Positions 12,375 through 24,265 of a stretch of DNA of 64,000 nt are shown one piece after another. Source of the stretch: Macrostomum lignano (Eukaryota). The DNA is taken from assembly GCA_002269645.1 (NCBI GenBank), contig NIVC01000380.1, positions 124,001 to 188,000 on the forward strand, read 5' to 3'. Position 1 is the first letter of the stretch. The number at the start of each line of letters is the position of its first letter. A model generated the notes under the pieces. That model was not told the DNA's origin. It was given only the letters and a program-made list of their open reading frames with translations, and ran no database searches. The translations under genes were made by a program, and so were the position numbers.

Positions 12375-14356
12375 TGATGAGGACGCACTTTTTCCCAAAT
12401 CCCGCGCTAGCACATGGGCTCTAAACTTACTAGCCTACTAACAGTGGGCGATGGGCATTTTTATCCTTTTTCTGCGAATTGTCATAGAATCTATACTAGA
12501 TATAATGTCTGGCCATACTAGTAGTCATAATTACATAGGCATTGCTTTTTGGGTCATAAATCATCGCTTTCGAAGCTGGTCTGACAGCCACCTGCGCCTC
12601 ACTCAGTGTTGAGACGGGCGCCAGATGGTCTGAGAGGATGCGGGCGGTAGCTTTTTTCTCATCATTTTGACAGGCCATCAAGATTTATGAGGTCAGAGCC
12701 TATTGTTCGGATTCACTCAAGCCTGTGACAGCTTTGACAGCTATGCGTTTTACCCCTAAAAGTACTTTGGGATTAGCGATTAGCAATTTCTCTTCATTAT
12801 CTTCACTTTCTATTTAATAAGAGCTTTCTAATGCATATTTTTTCATTAATTTCTGTCAATCCTACGCGAAAAGTCATAAATCATTTTGTTGCGATTTTGA
12901 GTGATTTATGGCCGCACCTGTCATCTTTTTACGACCCTGTGGGAACTGATAGGATCTCTCGGTCACGTGATTCTGGGTAGCAACAAGCTTAGCCAATCAG
13001 AAAATTCGGCGCTCATTTTAACAAAACGGCTCAGCCAATCAGAATCGACGTGTTCCATTATAACAAACTGCGGTCCAGTTGGCGGCTATTTAAACCGGAG
13101 TTTTTGGCCCGCTCGGACGCAACTTTTGCTCGGGCCCAGCACGCAACTTCTGGTTCCCGGAGCACGACCGTCGTTTCTTGATCCCCGGATTGCGACTTCC
13201 CCCATCATCATCAAGGACGAGCCCCCCTGTCGACAGCAGCGAACATCAAGCGAAGATCATCACCTGCTAGCTATCAGCGAAGATCGTGACAGCATCATCC
13301 CGAGTCTACAGCTACAGAGCATCAAGCCGATTCGGTCACTGTGGATTACCTGGTCTCCGGCTGTTGAGTTTCTGATTGGTTGGGTGAGAGGCTACCTAGA
13401 CTTGCTTGATTGGGTGATTCCCTATCTGTCCCCTGTTTCAGTAGCTGGATTAGGCGCACACTTTTGCTCATTTTGTTCAGTAATGCTGTTACTGAGGCAG
13501 AAATCATTCAATAATACTGCTAGTAGTCTGAAACTCCAATTCAATCTGAGGTGTGAAGTGATCTAAGGAGAAGGTTAAATCTAACAGTTATTTTTATCAG
13601 TTTTATTTCTTTGTTCGCCGATGGCTCAGATGAGTAGCTAAGCTAGTGAGGGCCGGTCACAGTGGACCAATGGCAAGGCAGAGTCGATCAATCAATCAAA
13701 TCAGTGAGCAAAACTGCCAGAAGTGCAGAATCGGCGCCAGAGATGTACTTTGTGCACTCTAGGTTAGCCAAGCGGCTCGGGTAATGAATCATGCGGTCTC
13801 TGAAGTTCGAGTTAGTCTATCATCAGCGCTATGAGAGGCTAGTTGGCGCGTTGAAGGCCAAAAGTACATAACTTCGTATTTAGCAATGTAATAGTACATG
13901 TAACTACCCCATAGTCTCACCACTGCAAGGATCCCCTGCACAAGTCCCCTCTGTACCTGCATGGCCAATGCGATCTAGTCCCAGCAGTGTCCCTTATCAT
14001 CGGCTATGACTTCGAGATTGACAGCAAAAAGACACTAGTTGGCAGGTAAGTGCAAAGCCCCTTCTAGTCGGAAGCCCGATTTCGAGAGTCCCGGTGTGGT
14101 GAGCCTGGACGCACGGGCTGGTGGCAGCGAGTTAGCTTAGTCTGCGGATTAGCTAATTTCTACCTTCAAAATTCTCCCTGCTTGTCTCTCGCTGTCCCTC
14201 TCTTAGCTATAGGACCTAGACTGCTCGCCACACGATCAAGCTACCACGGGGCTGACCATCTGACAGGAGTGGGGGGCCAGGTCTCTAAGTGATTTGTTTC
14301 TGAGCCTGAGGCCCGAAGGCTTCCCTAACAAGGGGCCCGAAGGTCGAAACCCATCA
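12375..14356 (+). repeat. 5' LTR (1982 bp)
   Basis: TG...CA ends. Nearly identical to 20377-22362: I found about 4 substitutions and 2 small indels. Confidence 0.96.
12964..13094 (+). promoter_or_regulatory. Candidate LTR U3 promoter: CACGTG, two AGCCAATCAG (CCAAT) boxes at 12991 and 13033, TATTTAAA at 13087 (repeated in the 3' LTR)
   Basis: Motifs are in the conventional order and spacing. Function is inferred. Confidence 0.55.
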
Positions 14357-14358
14357 AA

Positions 14359-14376
14359 TGGTGGCAGCGGTGGGAT
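14359..14376 (+). promoter_or_regulatory. Primer-binding site TGGTGGCAGCGGTGGGAT, complementary to the 3' end of tRNA-Leu
   Basis: Lies 2 nt after the 5' LTR. It matches the reverse complement of ...ATCCCACCGCTGCCA-CCA of eukaryotic tRNA-Leu(AAG/TAG type). Confidence 0.9.
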
Positions 14377-16705
14377 ATATGGTAAACACTAGCCGGTAGG
14401 AAGTGGTAAAGTGCTCACCGGTAGTGATGGCTGGTAAATGGCAAATTGTCACAAATAATCATATCGAGTTGCGCCGTTTAGATTTCAAAATTGGGAATTT
14501 AGGTTTCTATTAGATTACTGTAAGTAGTCAGTTGCGATAGCTTTTCAAGTCTGAATTATGAGAGTCCAAAAATGCACAAAAAATTTATGCTACTGGAACC
14601 AAAAAAATTACTAGTATGAATTGCTTACCATTAAATGCATGCCTCTTCCAAAAAATCAACCAAAAAAATTATAAAAATTCAAAAAGCCAGAGCATATAAA
14701 AAAATCAACCCCGCACATATAACTCTCTCAGCTTGATCAGTTATCTAAGCTCTCTGCTTAGTTCTTCAGTTTTGATTTCAGCCAGCTAATTATGTGGAAA
14801 ATAGAGACTTAGGATAGTTCTTGTACTTTTGCTAAACAGAAAAGTTTCGAACTGATCACTCGAAATTAAGCTATTAATTTTTGTCGTGTAGACAAGAGGC
14901 CATTATCCGAATGGTAATGCTTCCTCGGCCAAAACGTTCATTATAGAATGCTGACAGCGCTCGTAGTTTTTGTCTTGTTTGCAAAATTTAGAATCAGGCA
15001 GCTTTTTGGATGTGCGAAGCCTTGGTTTCATACGCAGGGCCTCACGGGTTTTGGGTTCAAAGGTTATACTCTGGAGCAGATTAGTACGGGACAGTCGGAT
15101 TAGCGTACTGTGTGATTATAGTATCATTTCGATTGAAATCGGGGTGTTCTATCTGAGTGCTTCTCACGAATTGTTGTCCGCTATTCGGGCTTTGGTGGTA
15201 TAAATCGCTTTACGTAAGTGGCAACGGAGAGCTCAAATTCCCACCGCAATTCTCGGTCTTCCGGCTAACAATGGCAAGTGCTGTGCCGTTGGGCCTCTGG
15301 ATGCGCTGGGTCAGACATCCATGTCCTGAAAAATATGTCTGGGGTCGACGGCTACCGGAACGCGGGAACAGCCACGCTACTTTGGGTTTGGGTACAGAAT
15401 TGTGAGGTCTGGAGTTATTTTAAGTTCGTACATTTACCATCTGCTTAGCCTAGGAGTCTGGAAAGTGTGTAGGTATTACTTTCAGTAGTATAGTTTGCCA
15501 GTGCACAAGTAATTTTTCCTGGTTGCGGAATTTAGGGTTTGGAAGTTTGCTTTTGCCCTTTCGGTTCTTTCTTAGAATTGGAGGGGTATCTAATGTAAAT
15601 ACAGTAAGGAAAGCGGAGAGAATTACCCACACGGTGCCATGGTAGTATGTGCGAATTCCAGCTACCGCTCTGGTTAACGATTCTGCAGAGAGCAGAAAAC
15701 GCCGTGGCTATTCATTTTTATGATAGCAAGAGGAGGGGAGCGCAGCTTTGTCTGGACAGACTCTACTGACTCAAGACACAGATGTCTTCTGTGGTTCGCC
15801 GCTATAAAAATACCCGACCCGATAACGTAGGGTCATAATATTTGACAAACTTTCCTGCTGCCCGTAGCTTTTTCTATGATCAAAATTCTTAGGGACCGTG
15901 CCAAAAGGTTTTGTTGCGGAGTGAACACTACACTACGGACCTGCTTAACTCCTTGTGTATTATCTGTCTGTTCGCGAGTATCGTTTATTAGGTGTAATCC
16001 GCCCTCACCGGTCAATGCTGACGAAAGCTACACAGAGGGGCCACTGGGCGCGCTGGGTCAGACGTCCAAGTTCCGCTAAAAGATCAGCCTTGATGGGGAT
16101 TGTGAATCTGTCTAGCCGTAGCAGCACCCGGACGGTTTCCTAGTGGCGATACCACGCAGGAGAGCTCTGATACACATGAGGTGCCCACATATTGGCGCCT
16201 GCAATTTAGGTTAATGAGGACTGAAGAGACCCTCCATGATTTACTAGCCCATTAAAATTGTTCGGAAGCAAAAAGAGCCGCTCAGAGAGAAAGAGAGACT
16301 GAGACTGTAGTAGCCTGCGGAAAGCTGTGGCCTCAGCCCAGTTGAGAATCAGTGAGTTTAAAAGCAGCAATTTGAGAAAAATCCGAGATCGGATTCAAGG
16401 CAGAGACAAGAGGAATTTAGGTGTGAAAGATTTTGAGTCAAGTGTGACTGCAGTGTGAGTGAAATCAGTGAAGTTTCCGCCGAGTTGGTTTTTGCGTATA
16501 TTTTAATTTTTGTGCTGTGTTTGCGATCATTATCGCAAGCCCCGCGTTCGTATTGTACACTTTTTGTATATAGATCGCGTATCTTTTGCTTATTTGCGTG
16601 TTTTTTATTTTTGCTTGTAATTTATTGCTTTTGTTTTGAGCTCCCCAACTCGCGGCGCTCAACCCCCCATTGCTCATTTGTGGCAACTGGTGTTGTGCCC
16701 GAACT

Positions 16706-17878
16706 ATGGAAACATGTAATTCCAGTACCAGTAAGTCAGGAGGTAGAGGCAGAAGAGGTAGAGGGAATAGGAACGGATCAGCAGCTGCCGCTGCAGCCGC
16801 CTGCGATTTTTCGTCCCAGGGCTCAGTCTCCCCAAATGTATCAGAGTGCGGGTCATCCCCGCAGAGAGCCCCACCTCAACCCCAAGCCGCCGACATGGCA
16901 GCCCAATTAGCGCAAGCCCTTGCAGCCATCGGATTGGGCAGAGAGACACAGAGTGTCAAGATTGGCGTTGAGAAATTCAACCCAGCAGAATCCTGCTTCC
17001 CCCAGTGGGTTGACAGAGTCAAATACAAACTCAGATCTGAAGAGATTAGGGACAGAGAGCAGAAGAAGAGCACAGTAATCTCGCTCCTCCCCCCAGATCT
17101 GCAGAGTCTTGCTATTGCCCTCCATCCCGGCCTTGACTTTGAGGAATTCATAGAAAGGTTAGGTCGCCAGGTAGGAGAGGCCAGCTCAGAACTAGCGAAG
17201 AGGAACAAAGTCCGGAATCTAAAACAGAAGGCAGGCCAGAATCACCACGCCTATTCGGCCATGGTGCGTAGTGTGATAGCTTCTGCTTACCCCGACATGA
17301 GTCCTAGACAGTTGGAGTCGGAGGTGATCTTTGCCTACTTGGAAACAGCTGACATCGCCCCAGATGTGCGCAAGTCGCTGCTAGGGCAACAGTTTCGCAG
17401 CATTGATGAAGTGCTGGCAGCACAGCAGAATCTCCAAGAGGCAGATGAGATTTCCCGGCGCTTAGCGCGTGACCAGCCCAGATATGATCAGCGTAGGGAC
17501 GATAGAAACAGAGATCAGAATCGCCCCAGCGACAGAGAATATCAACGCAGGTGGGTCCGCATGCTAGAGTCAGAGGAAGGAAGGGAAGTAGAAGAGGCAC
17601 TGGCAGATTTACAGCAGCGTCAAAACAGCCTAGATGAAACCGTCGGCAAGATTTACGGCGCTATGAGCCAGGTTGCGGAGAGGATTGATCAGGCCATGAT
17701 AAGCCACTCAGATCAGTGGGAGGGAGACCTCACCGTGGTAGAAGATACTGAGCGAGCTAGCCAACCGCCTGAGGGCAAGTCCCCGCCCCCCTCGTCTCAA
17801 AATCTGTCAGCGAAGCCCGCACTATTGAGGCAGAACGCAATTTATGGTGACCCGGCCAAGCAGACTGAAAAAAACTGA
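16706..17878 (+). CDS. gag: Retrotransposon Gag (capsid-like); probably extends to 18056 if one A in the A7 run at 17868-17874 is extra
   Basis: A ~390-aa ORF inside the LTR element with a gypsy-type capsid segment (VEKFNP...W...LKQKAGQNHHAY...SAYP). No CCHC knuckle seen. Confidence 0.8.
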   Translation: METCNSSTSKSGGRGRRGRGNRNGSAAAAAAACDFSSQGSVSPNVSECGSSPQRAPPQPQAADMAAQLAQALAAIGLGRETQSVKIGVEKFNPAESCFPQWVDRVKYKLRSEEIRDREQKKSTVISLLPPDLQSLAIALHPGLDFEEFIERLGRQVGEASSELAKRNKVRNLKQKAGQNHHAYSAMVRSVIASAYPDMSPRQLESEVIFAYLETADIAPDVRKSLLGQQFRSIDEVLAAQQNLQEADEISRRLARDQPRYDQRRDDRNRDQNRPSDREYQRRWVRMLESEEGREVEEALADLQQRQNSLDETVGKIYGAMSQVAERIDQAMISHSDQWEGDLTVVEDTERASQPPEGKSPPPSSQNLSAKPALLRQNAIYGDPAKQTEKN

Positions 17879-18046
17879 GGTTTACCGGCCCCCGCAGTTG
17901 CGCAACAGTGCGCGCGCGCGCCCGCCTCCCCTGCATGTTCCTACCCAGGGTGAGAGCAGTACAGGAGAAGAGAATGTGAGGCCCCCGCCAACCCCGGCGC
18001 CTGGAGCACAGAAACAGCGGCCCACTTTCTATCTCCCGTCCGGGTC

Positions 18047-18559
18047 GGAAAACTGAGAGTAGGGATGGGTGGCGCCCACACTCACCCCTCTTCTGGACTT
18101 TCAAGGGCAAATTTAGCAAATGGTGGCAAAAGGAAAGTGAATTGCATACCCGACTTCATTGTTCCCAGGAAGGCTATGCCATTTAAAAACTCTCGAGCTG
18201 ACGTGTATGTGAAAGTTCAAGTGGAGAGATTGCCACTCCGAATTCTCATTGATTCTGGATCGGCAGTCTCCATCTTGCCCTTCAGAGACTTTGTGGCGGC
18301 CACTAATGATGACAGGGACAGGTTGGAAGCCCCTACAGTCTCTATCTATTCCTATAGCGGGCATAGATTAGAGATTGTGGGTCAGTCCAAGCTGATTGTC
18401 ACCCTAGGGGCTGAAACCATGCCAGTTATGTTTTTAGTCGCCAGTGACCCCGCCACGAGGCCTCTGTTGGGAAACTCTTTTCTGGCAGCCGCGCCTGCTG
18501 TCTTGGACTATCACACTAGAAATTTACTAGTATTGGGGCAAATGCTCCCATTCTGTTGA
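18047..18559 (+). CDS. Retropepsin-type aspartic protease, probably reached by frameshift
   Basis: ILIDSGSAVSIL catalytic motif, flap-like IYSYSGHRLEIVG, C-terminal PLLGNSFL. The ORF stops at 18559 with no RT following. Confidence 0.85.
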   Translation, partial: GKLRVGMGGAHTHPSSGLSRANLANGGKRKVNCIPDFIVPRKAMPFKNSRADVYVKVQVERLPLRILIDSGSAVSILPFRDFVAATNDDRDRLEAPTVSIYSYSGHRLEIVGQSKLIVTLGAETMPVMFLVASDPATRPLLGNSFLAAAPAVLDYHTRNLLVLGQMLPFC

Positions 18560-20358
18560 CTTCCTTGCGAACTTTGAGGTCTGGGGCCCAACTCGGTTTC
18601 CCCTTGCCCACCTCTATTTGGCTAAAGTAATATAACAGGTTGGACTTCTAGAGTGATCAGGTCAAATTAATCAGGATTAATCGCTAGGAATTTAAGAAAA
18701 ATGATGAATGAAATAATAAGTTATGAAAAGCAGTTTACTTAAGAAACATTGGCACAAAGAAATTAATACGGCAATAGTTTTCTTAAGAAAATAATTTACA
18801 AATCACATCAGATGGTGCAGCTTAGTGGGAACAGATTTGTCGCAAGAAGTTGTATTCTCCTATTTATTATGCTATACTAGTAGTCATTTTGCGCAATTAT
18901 TCTACTTTATCTTCAATGGTAATGCGGAAACAAGTATGATGTGTGACTGTATTTGCTTGCTTATCGTTTCATGTTTGTGTATCAATTAAACCATTGCTTG
19001 AAGTTGAGTGAAACTTGAGTTGAAAATGAAAATTGACGCCTTGCCGTGTGTATGAAACTTATTGAGCCGAAGCGAAAAAAGAAATTAATTTTAGTGAAAA
19101 GACCCTGAGTAGCCCTAGAGGGTCCGCCTGAACTAATACAGTTGCTAAATCAAATTAGGAGTGGTAAATTTAACCTGAATTTCGCGGCCGTGCGATACTA
19201 ATGACGTGTAGTAATACTGAGTGCAAAATAAAATAGGATTGTGTGAATTAAACTAGACAGATAATGCGATTGAAGCGGAGTTTTGAAGACAAACCCCTTC
19301 GAAAGAAACTTTTAAAACTTAACACTAGAGTTCCAAAATTATTCTGCCTCTTATCTGAAACCCTATTCATAATATATCTTAAAGTATATCCTACACAGCA
19401 CTGAATGGGCAAATGAGTAGGAGGGAGAGTACCCTGAAGGTTGCTGAAACTGTGGGATGGGTCTGGGATTGTCTGATTGAGTAGAAGTGGACGGTAGAGT
19501 ATCACAAAGCTGAGATGAGACTTACCAGTTGGAGATTGGAGGTCTGCAGAGGCTGGTCTGGCTCGGTGCGAAGTCAACAAATGCGGCAGTGGCGAGGCTT
19601 TGGCTGGCGCGCGATACGTTGTTGCGAGAGTTGCAGCACTCACAGATGAAATTGATAATTTGTGGATGACCCGAGCGGTCACTCGTCTTTATCTCCCTGC
19701 GAACTCGAGGCGGTTGAGATCATCCTCCCCCAGCAGCGTCTCAGCCAGTCAGCAAAGATGACTCGAGGGTCCCTTAATCCTCTGAGGGTCGCCATTCGCC
19801 AGCAGCCGCCAGATGAGCACGGCAACCCCTGGCACGTGGATTCCACAGGCGGGAGGGGAGAATGTGCAACGCATTTCCCAGGCTCCTCGCCCATCCTGGC
19901 TCGGGTCGGCCGCGCGGCAAAGGAATTAAGCCATCAAGAGGCTTAACAGGTAGAAGCGAGACTGACTCGAACGCGAACAATGAAGCTTAGTCTCGTTGAA
20001 CATGCGCTGTTTATCCCATCTCGCACATTTTGAACTATGTCTTCTCGCGCGGCAATAATTTATCTGTTTATTATTCCCTTACATGTATCTCGCACTTAAC
20101 ACTGTATTGGCAAATGCGATATCTATTTTTAAGCACCTTTCTTTTGATCCCTTTCTTTCTTCATTCTTTCCCTTCCCCAAATTCTTTCTCTTTCGGGATT
20201 TCCTTTCTTGGGACGCGCATTAGTTTAATATTTTTATACCTATTTGTGAGTAACTATTATTTTTACTATTCTTTTTGATGTGCTAGCTGCGATTTTGTAC
20301 AAAACTGTGCTCATTTTTCTTCTTTGTTTCTGAGTTAATCTGCGATCAACTCACAAAT

Positions 20359-20372
20359 AGGGGGGGGGGGGG
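20359..20372 (+). promoter_or_regulatory. Polypurine tract (A + G13)
   Basis: Lies 4 nt before the 3' LTR. Confidence 0.9.
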
Positions 20373-20376
20373 CATA

Positions 20377-22362
20377 TGATGAGGACGCACTTTTTCCCAA
20401 ATCCCGCGCTAGCACATGGGCTCTAAACTTACTAGCCTACTAACAGTGGGCGATGGGCATTTTTATCCTTTTTCTGCGAATTGTCATAGAATCTATACTA
20501 GATATAATGTCTGGCCATACTAGTAGTCATAATTACATAGGCATTGCTTTTTGGGTCATAAATCATCGCTTTCGAAGCTGGTCTGACAGCCACCTGCGCC
20601 TCACTCAGTGTTGAGACGGGCGCCAGATGGTCTGAGAGGATGCGGGCGGTAGCTTTTTTCTCATCATTTTGACAGGCCATCAAGATTTATGAGGTCAGAG
20701 CCTATTGTTCGGATTCACTCAAGCCTGTGACAGCTTTGACAGCTATGCGTTTTACCCCTAAAAGTACTTTGGGATTAGCGATTAGCAATTTCTCTTCATT
20801 ATCTTCACTTTCTATTTAATAAGAGCTTTCTAATGCATATTTTTTCATTAATTTCTGTCAATCCTACGCGAAAAGTCATAAATCATTTTGTTGCGATTTT
20901 GAGTGATTTATGGCCGCACCTGTCATCTTTTTACGACCCTGTGGGAACTGATAGGATCTCTCGGTCACGTGATTCTGGGTAGCAACAAGCTTAGCCAATC
21001 AGAAAATTCGGCGCTCATTTTAACAAAACGGCTCAGCCAATCAGAATCGACGTGTTCCATTATAACAAACTGCGGTCCAGTTGGCGGCTATTTAAACCGG
21101 AGTTTTTGGCCCGCTCGGACGCAACTTTTGCTCGGGCCCAGCACGCAACTTCTGGTTCCCGGAGCACGACCGTCGTTTCTTGATCCCCGGATTGCGACTT
21201 CCCCCATCATCATCAAGGACGAGCCCCCTGTCGACAGCAGCGAACATCAAGCGAAGATCATCACCTGCTAGCTATCAGCGAAGATCGTGACAGCATCATC
21301 CCGAGTCTACAGCTACAGAGCATCAAGCCGATTCGGTCACTGTGGATTACCTGGTCTCCGGCTGTTGAGTTTCTGATTGGTTGGGTGAGAGGCTACCTAG
21401 ACTTGCTTGATTGGGTGATTCCCTATCTGTCCCCTGTTTCAGTAGCTGGATTAGGCGCACACTTTTGCTCATTTTGTTCAGTAATGCTGTTACTGAGGCA
21501 GAAATCATTCAATAATACTGCTAGTAGTCTGAAACTCCAATTCAATCTGAGGTGTGAAGTGATCTAAGGAGAAGGTTAAATCTAACAGTTATTTTTATCA
21601 GTTTTATTTCTTTGTTCGCCGATGGCTCAGATGAGTAGCTAAGCTAGTGAGCGCCGGTCACAGTGGACCAATGGCAAGGCAGTTCTCAGTCGATCAATCA
21701 ATCAAATCAGTGAGCAAAACTGCCAGAAGTGCAGAATCGGCGCCAGAGATGTACTTTGTGCACTCTAGGTTAGCCAAGCGGCTCGGGTAATGAATCATGC
21801 GGTCTCTGAAGTTCGAGTTAGTCTATCATCAGCGCTATGAGAGGCTAGTTGGCGCGTTGAAGGCCAAAAGTACATAACTTCGTATTTAGCAATGTAATAG
21901 TACATGTAGCTACCCCATAGACTCGCCACTGCAAGGATCCCCTGCACAAGTCCCCTCTGTACCTGCATGGCCAATGCGATCTAGTCCCAGCAGTGTCCCT
22001 TATCATCGGCTATGACTTCGAGATTGACAGCAAAAAGACACTAGTTGGCAGGTAAGTGCAAAGCCCCTTCTAGTCGGAAGCCCGATTTCGAGAGTCCCGG
22101 TGTGGTGAGCCTGGACGCACGGGCTGGTGGCAGCGAGTTAGCTTAGTCTGCGGATTAGCTAATTTCTACCTTCAAAATTCTCCCTGCTTGTCTCTCGCTG
22201 TCCCTCTCTTAGCTATAGGACCTAGACTGCTCGCCACACGATCAAGCTACCACGGGGCTGACCATCTGACAGGAGTGGGGGGCCAGGTCTCTAAGTGATT
22301 TGTTTCTGAGCCTGAGGCCCGAAGGCTTCCCTAACAAGGGGCCCGAAGGTCGAAACCCATCA
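20377..22362 (+). repeat. 3' LTR (1986 bp)
   Basis: Direct repeat of 12375-14356. Confidence 0.96.
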
Positions 22363-24265
22363 CTTACAAATTAATAATTAAGGGGCCTCGAATATTGGAA
22401 ATTTGGAGTCCGGGAAGGCCGTTTATTCCACTCGAGTCTGGTGGGAAAGATCGAGGGGCGCAGACTCTTTAAATACGGCCGCTCTATAGCTACTCATGAG
22501 TCGATCACCAAGAGGAAGCGTTACCCCGGGTGGAAGAGAGGGTTTACACGAATGGGAAAAGAACGGGTACACCAGGTGGCGCGGCGATCCATCTGATGTA
22601 CCCTATTCAAAATACATGTAACTGTAGTGTTCTACTTCCCACAGAAAGAACCTAAAAAGTGTTAACGTACTAAGCTATCTTAAGCATTTCATTCAGAGTA
22701 TACTAAGTATCAGAAATATTGAATCACATGCGTAATTTTGTCAACCAATTGGAAAAAGGCACTAGTCATAAAATGCTATTTTTACAACCAACCAATCACG
22801 CGTGACCTACAATTGTCAGTTTCAAACCCCAGCAGCGATTGATCATCATTCGGTCTGCACTGAATGAACCAATCAAAAATAACACAGCGCTACGGTAACC
22901 ATGATGCAATCATGCGCATTTACAGTTGACTACATAGTTGCTTCACTTTCTACCCTGTCAGGCTTGACAGCAACGAAAGCGTGAACCTCTGACATTAAAG
23001 AAAATGTACCCAACGACCTCACGTGGGGTCCGATTCTCTATAAATACAAGTAGTCCAAAGCAGACCGGGAGCCTCAGAATCTTCCAGAGAGAAGAAGCTC
23101 CGAAGAGGAAACCTGCAGACTTAATTCCTTCAGACCAAGTCAACCAGGACTCGGCTGAGTTATTTGCGGTAAGCCTTACTTATTTGCGCTAGGTGCTGAG
23201 TCGACTCAAATTGATATTGTGACTGCAAGTCTATTTGAGACTCCATTATTGGTTGTAGTTTCCAGAGAAGGACTACCCTGATAGCCTGACAGCTTCCTAT
23301 TGGCCCGAACTACAGATACCGGCTGGCGAAAACTTCAAGGAATACAAGAAGGAAATTGGACCAGAACTACAGACTCAAGGTACCTAAACTAATGAAATCA
23401 AGGAATGGCGAGTTGCAAGAGAACTACTCTCAGGGAATCATAACTCACAAGGTAATAAATACCTGATCATTTGATTACTGGGTTGCCTAGCAGTAGCAAG
23501 AAGTGATTGTTCCTTGATTACTAAGAAGCTGTCTTATAGTAGTAAAGAACGCATCATAACAACGCAAGAAGAATACAAGGGTTGGGCTCCTGAAGTACAC
23601 TAAGAGGCAAAAGAAATTTCCACACAGGGAAATGACGTCAACCACATACTGTAAAGATTTCACTGGGTGAACAACCCACACAGAGGAAAAATAAAAGCTA
23701 CATTCGGTGGGAATAGTCGGAGGCCTCGCGTACCACAATATAGCCAAGTCAGTTTTTTTGCGAAACCGATCATGTAGTGTACAAAATTTCGAAGACGCTT
23801 GTACAAACAACTGGACACAGTCCGTACATGCATTTTGCACATAAATGCTTTGCCCATAAATCAATGAATCTATCACTAGGTTCCTTCGTGCGTAAATAGT
23901 CTATGGCACTCGAAACCTAGAGATAAATGTACCATTCCCGCACTCGTGCCCGTGCAGGAATCATTCATTCCTGCCCTTTCTGCTCACTTGTCTATGGCCC
24001 AAAACCAAGTGGCGATCAACTATCGATCGTGCTGCCCATGGAATTGTACAGTATCGTCTGTGGCTGAAAGGGGCGACTCGGACCCTTTTATATTGCTGAT
24101 CCCGAGCCCTGAGCTCTCAGGATTTCTACTTTCGATAAGCTGAATTTGCACTTTTCACAAAACTTGACCAGACAGCTCTGTAGGAGAAACTAGTAACATT
24201 ATTTCTTAATAAGTTCAGCAACAGTTTGCGCCGATCAGACTGATTTTATTCACCTCGACCCAAGC

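Larger units (their letters stand above)
12375..22362 (+). mobile_element. Ty3/gypsy-like LTR retrotransposon, non-autonomous (Gag + protease only), very recent insertion
   Basis: Two ~2-kb LTRs (TGATG...CATCA). TSD CTTA at 12371-12374 and 22363-22366. PBS, PPT, gag and protease ORFs present. No RT, RNase H or integrase ORF seen. Confidence 0.95.

Noticed and set aside
12901-13566. 221-aa ORF inside the 5' LTR
   Set aside because: It is broken by a 1-nt indel in the 3' LTR copy, overlaps the promoter motifs and has no recognisable domain.
14300-14376. Hammerhead-like string at the LTR end (CTAACAAGGGGCC-CGAA-GGTC-GAAAC)
   Set aside because: A stem II plus GAAA is present, but the core reads CUAACAA instead of CUGANGA with 2 extra nt. 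I found no stem I, and the only stem III gives a non-cleavable GUG.
19248-19980. Small ORFs in the 3' internal region of the LTR element as env or accessory genes
   Set aside because: They are short, overlap on both strands, and show no signal peptide, TM segment or recognisable motif.
22566-22582. CTCF-like motifs (ACACCAGGTGGCGC here, and a weaker one on the minus strand near 12060)
   Set aside because: One or two degenerate matches in 64 kb are near chance, and the presence of CTCF in this organism is unknown.
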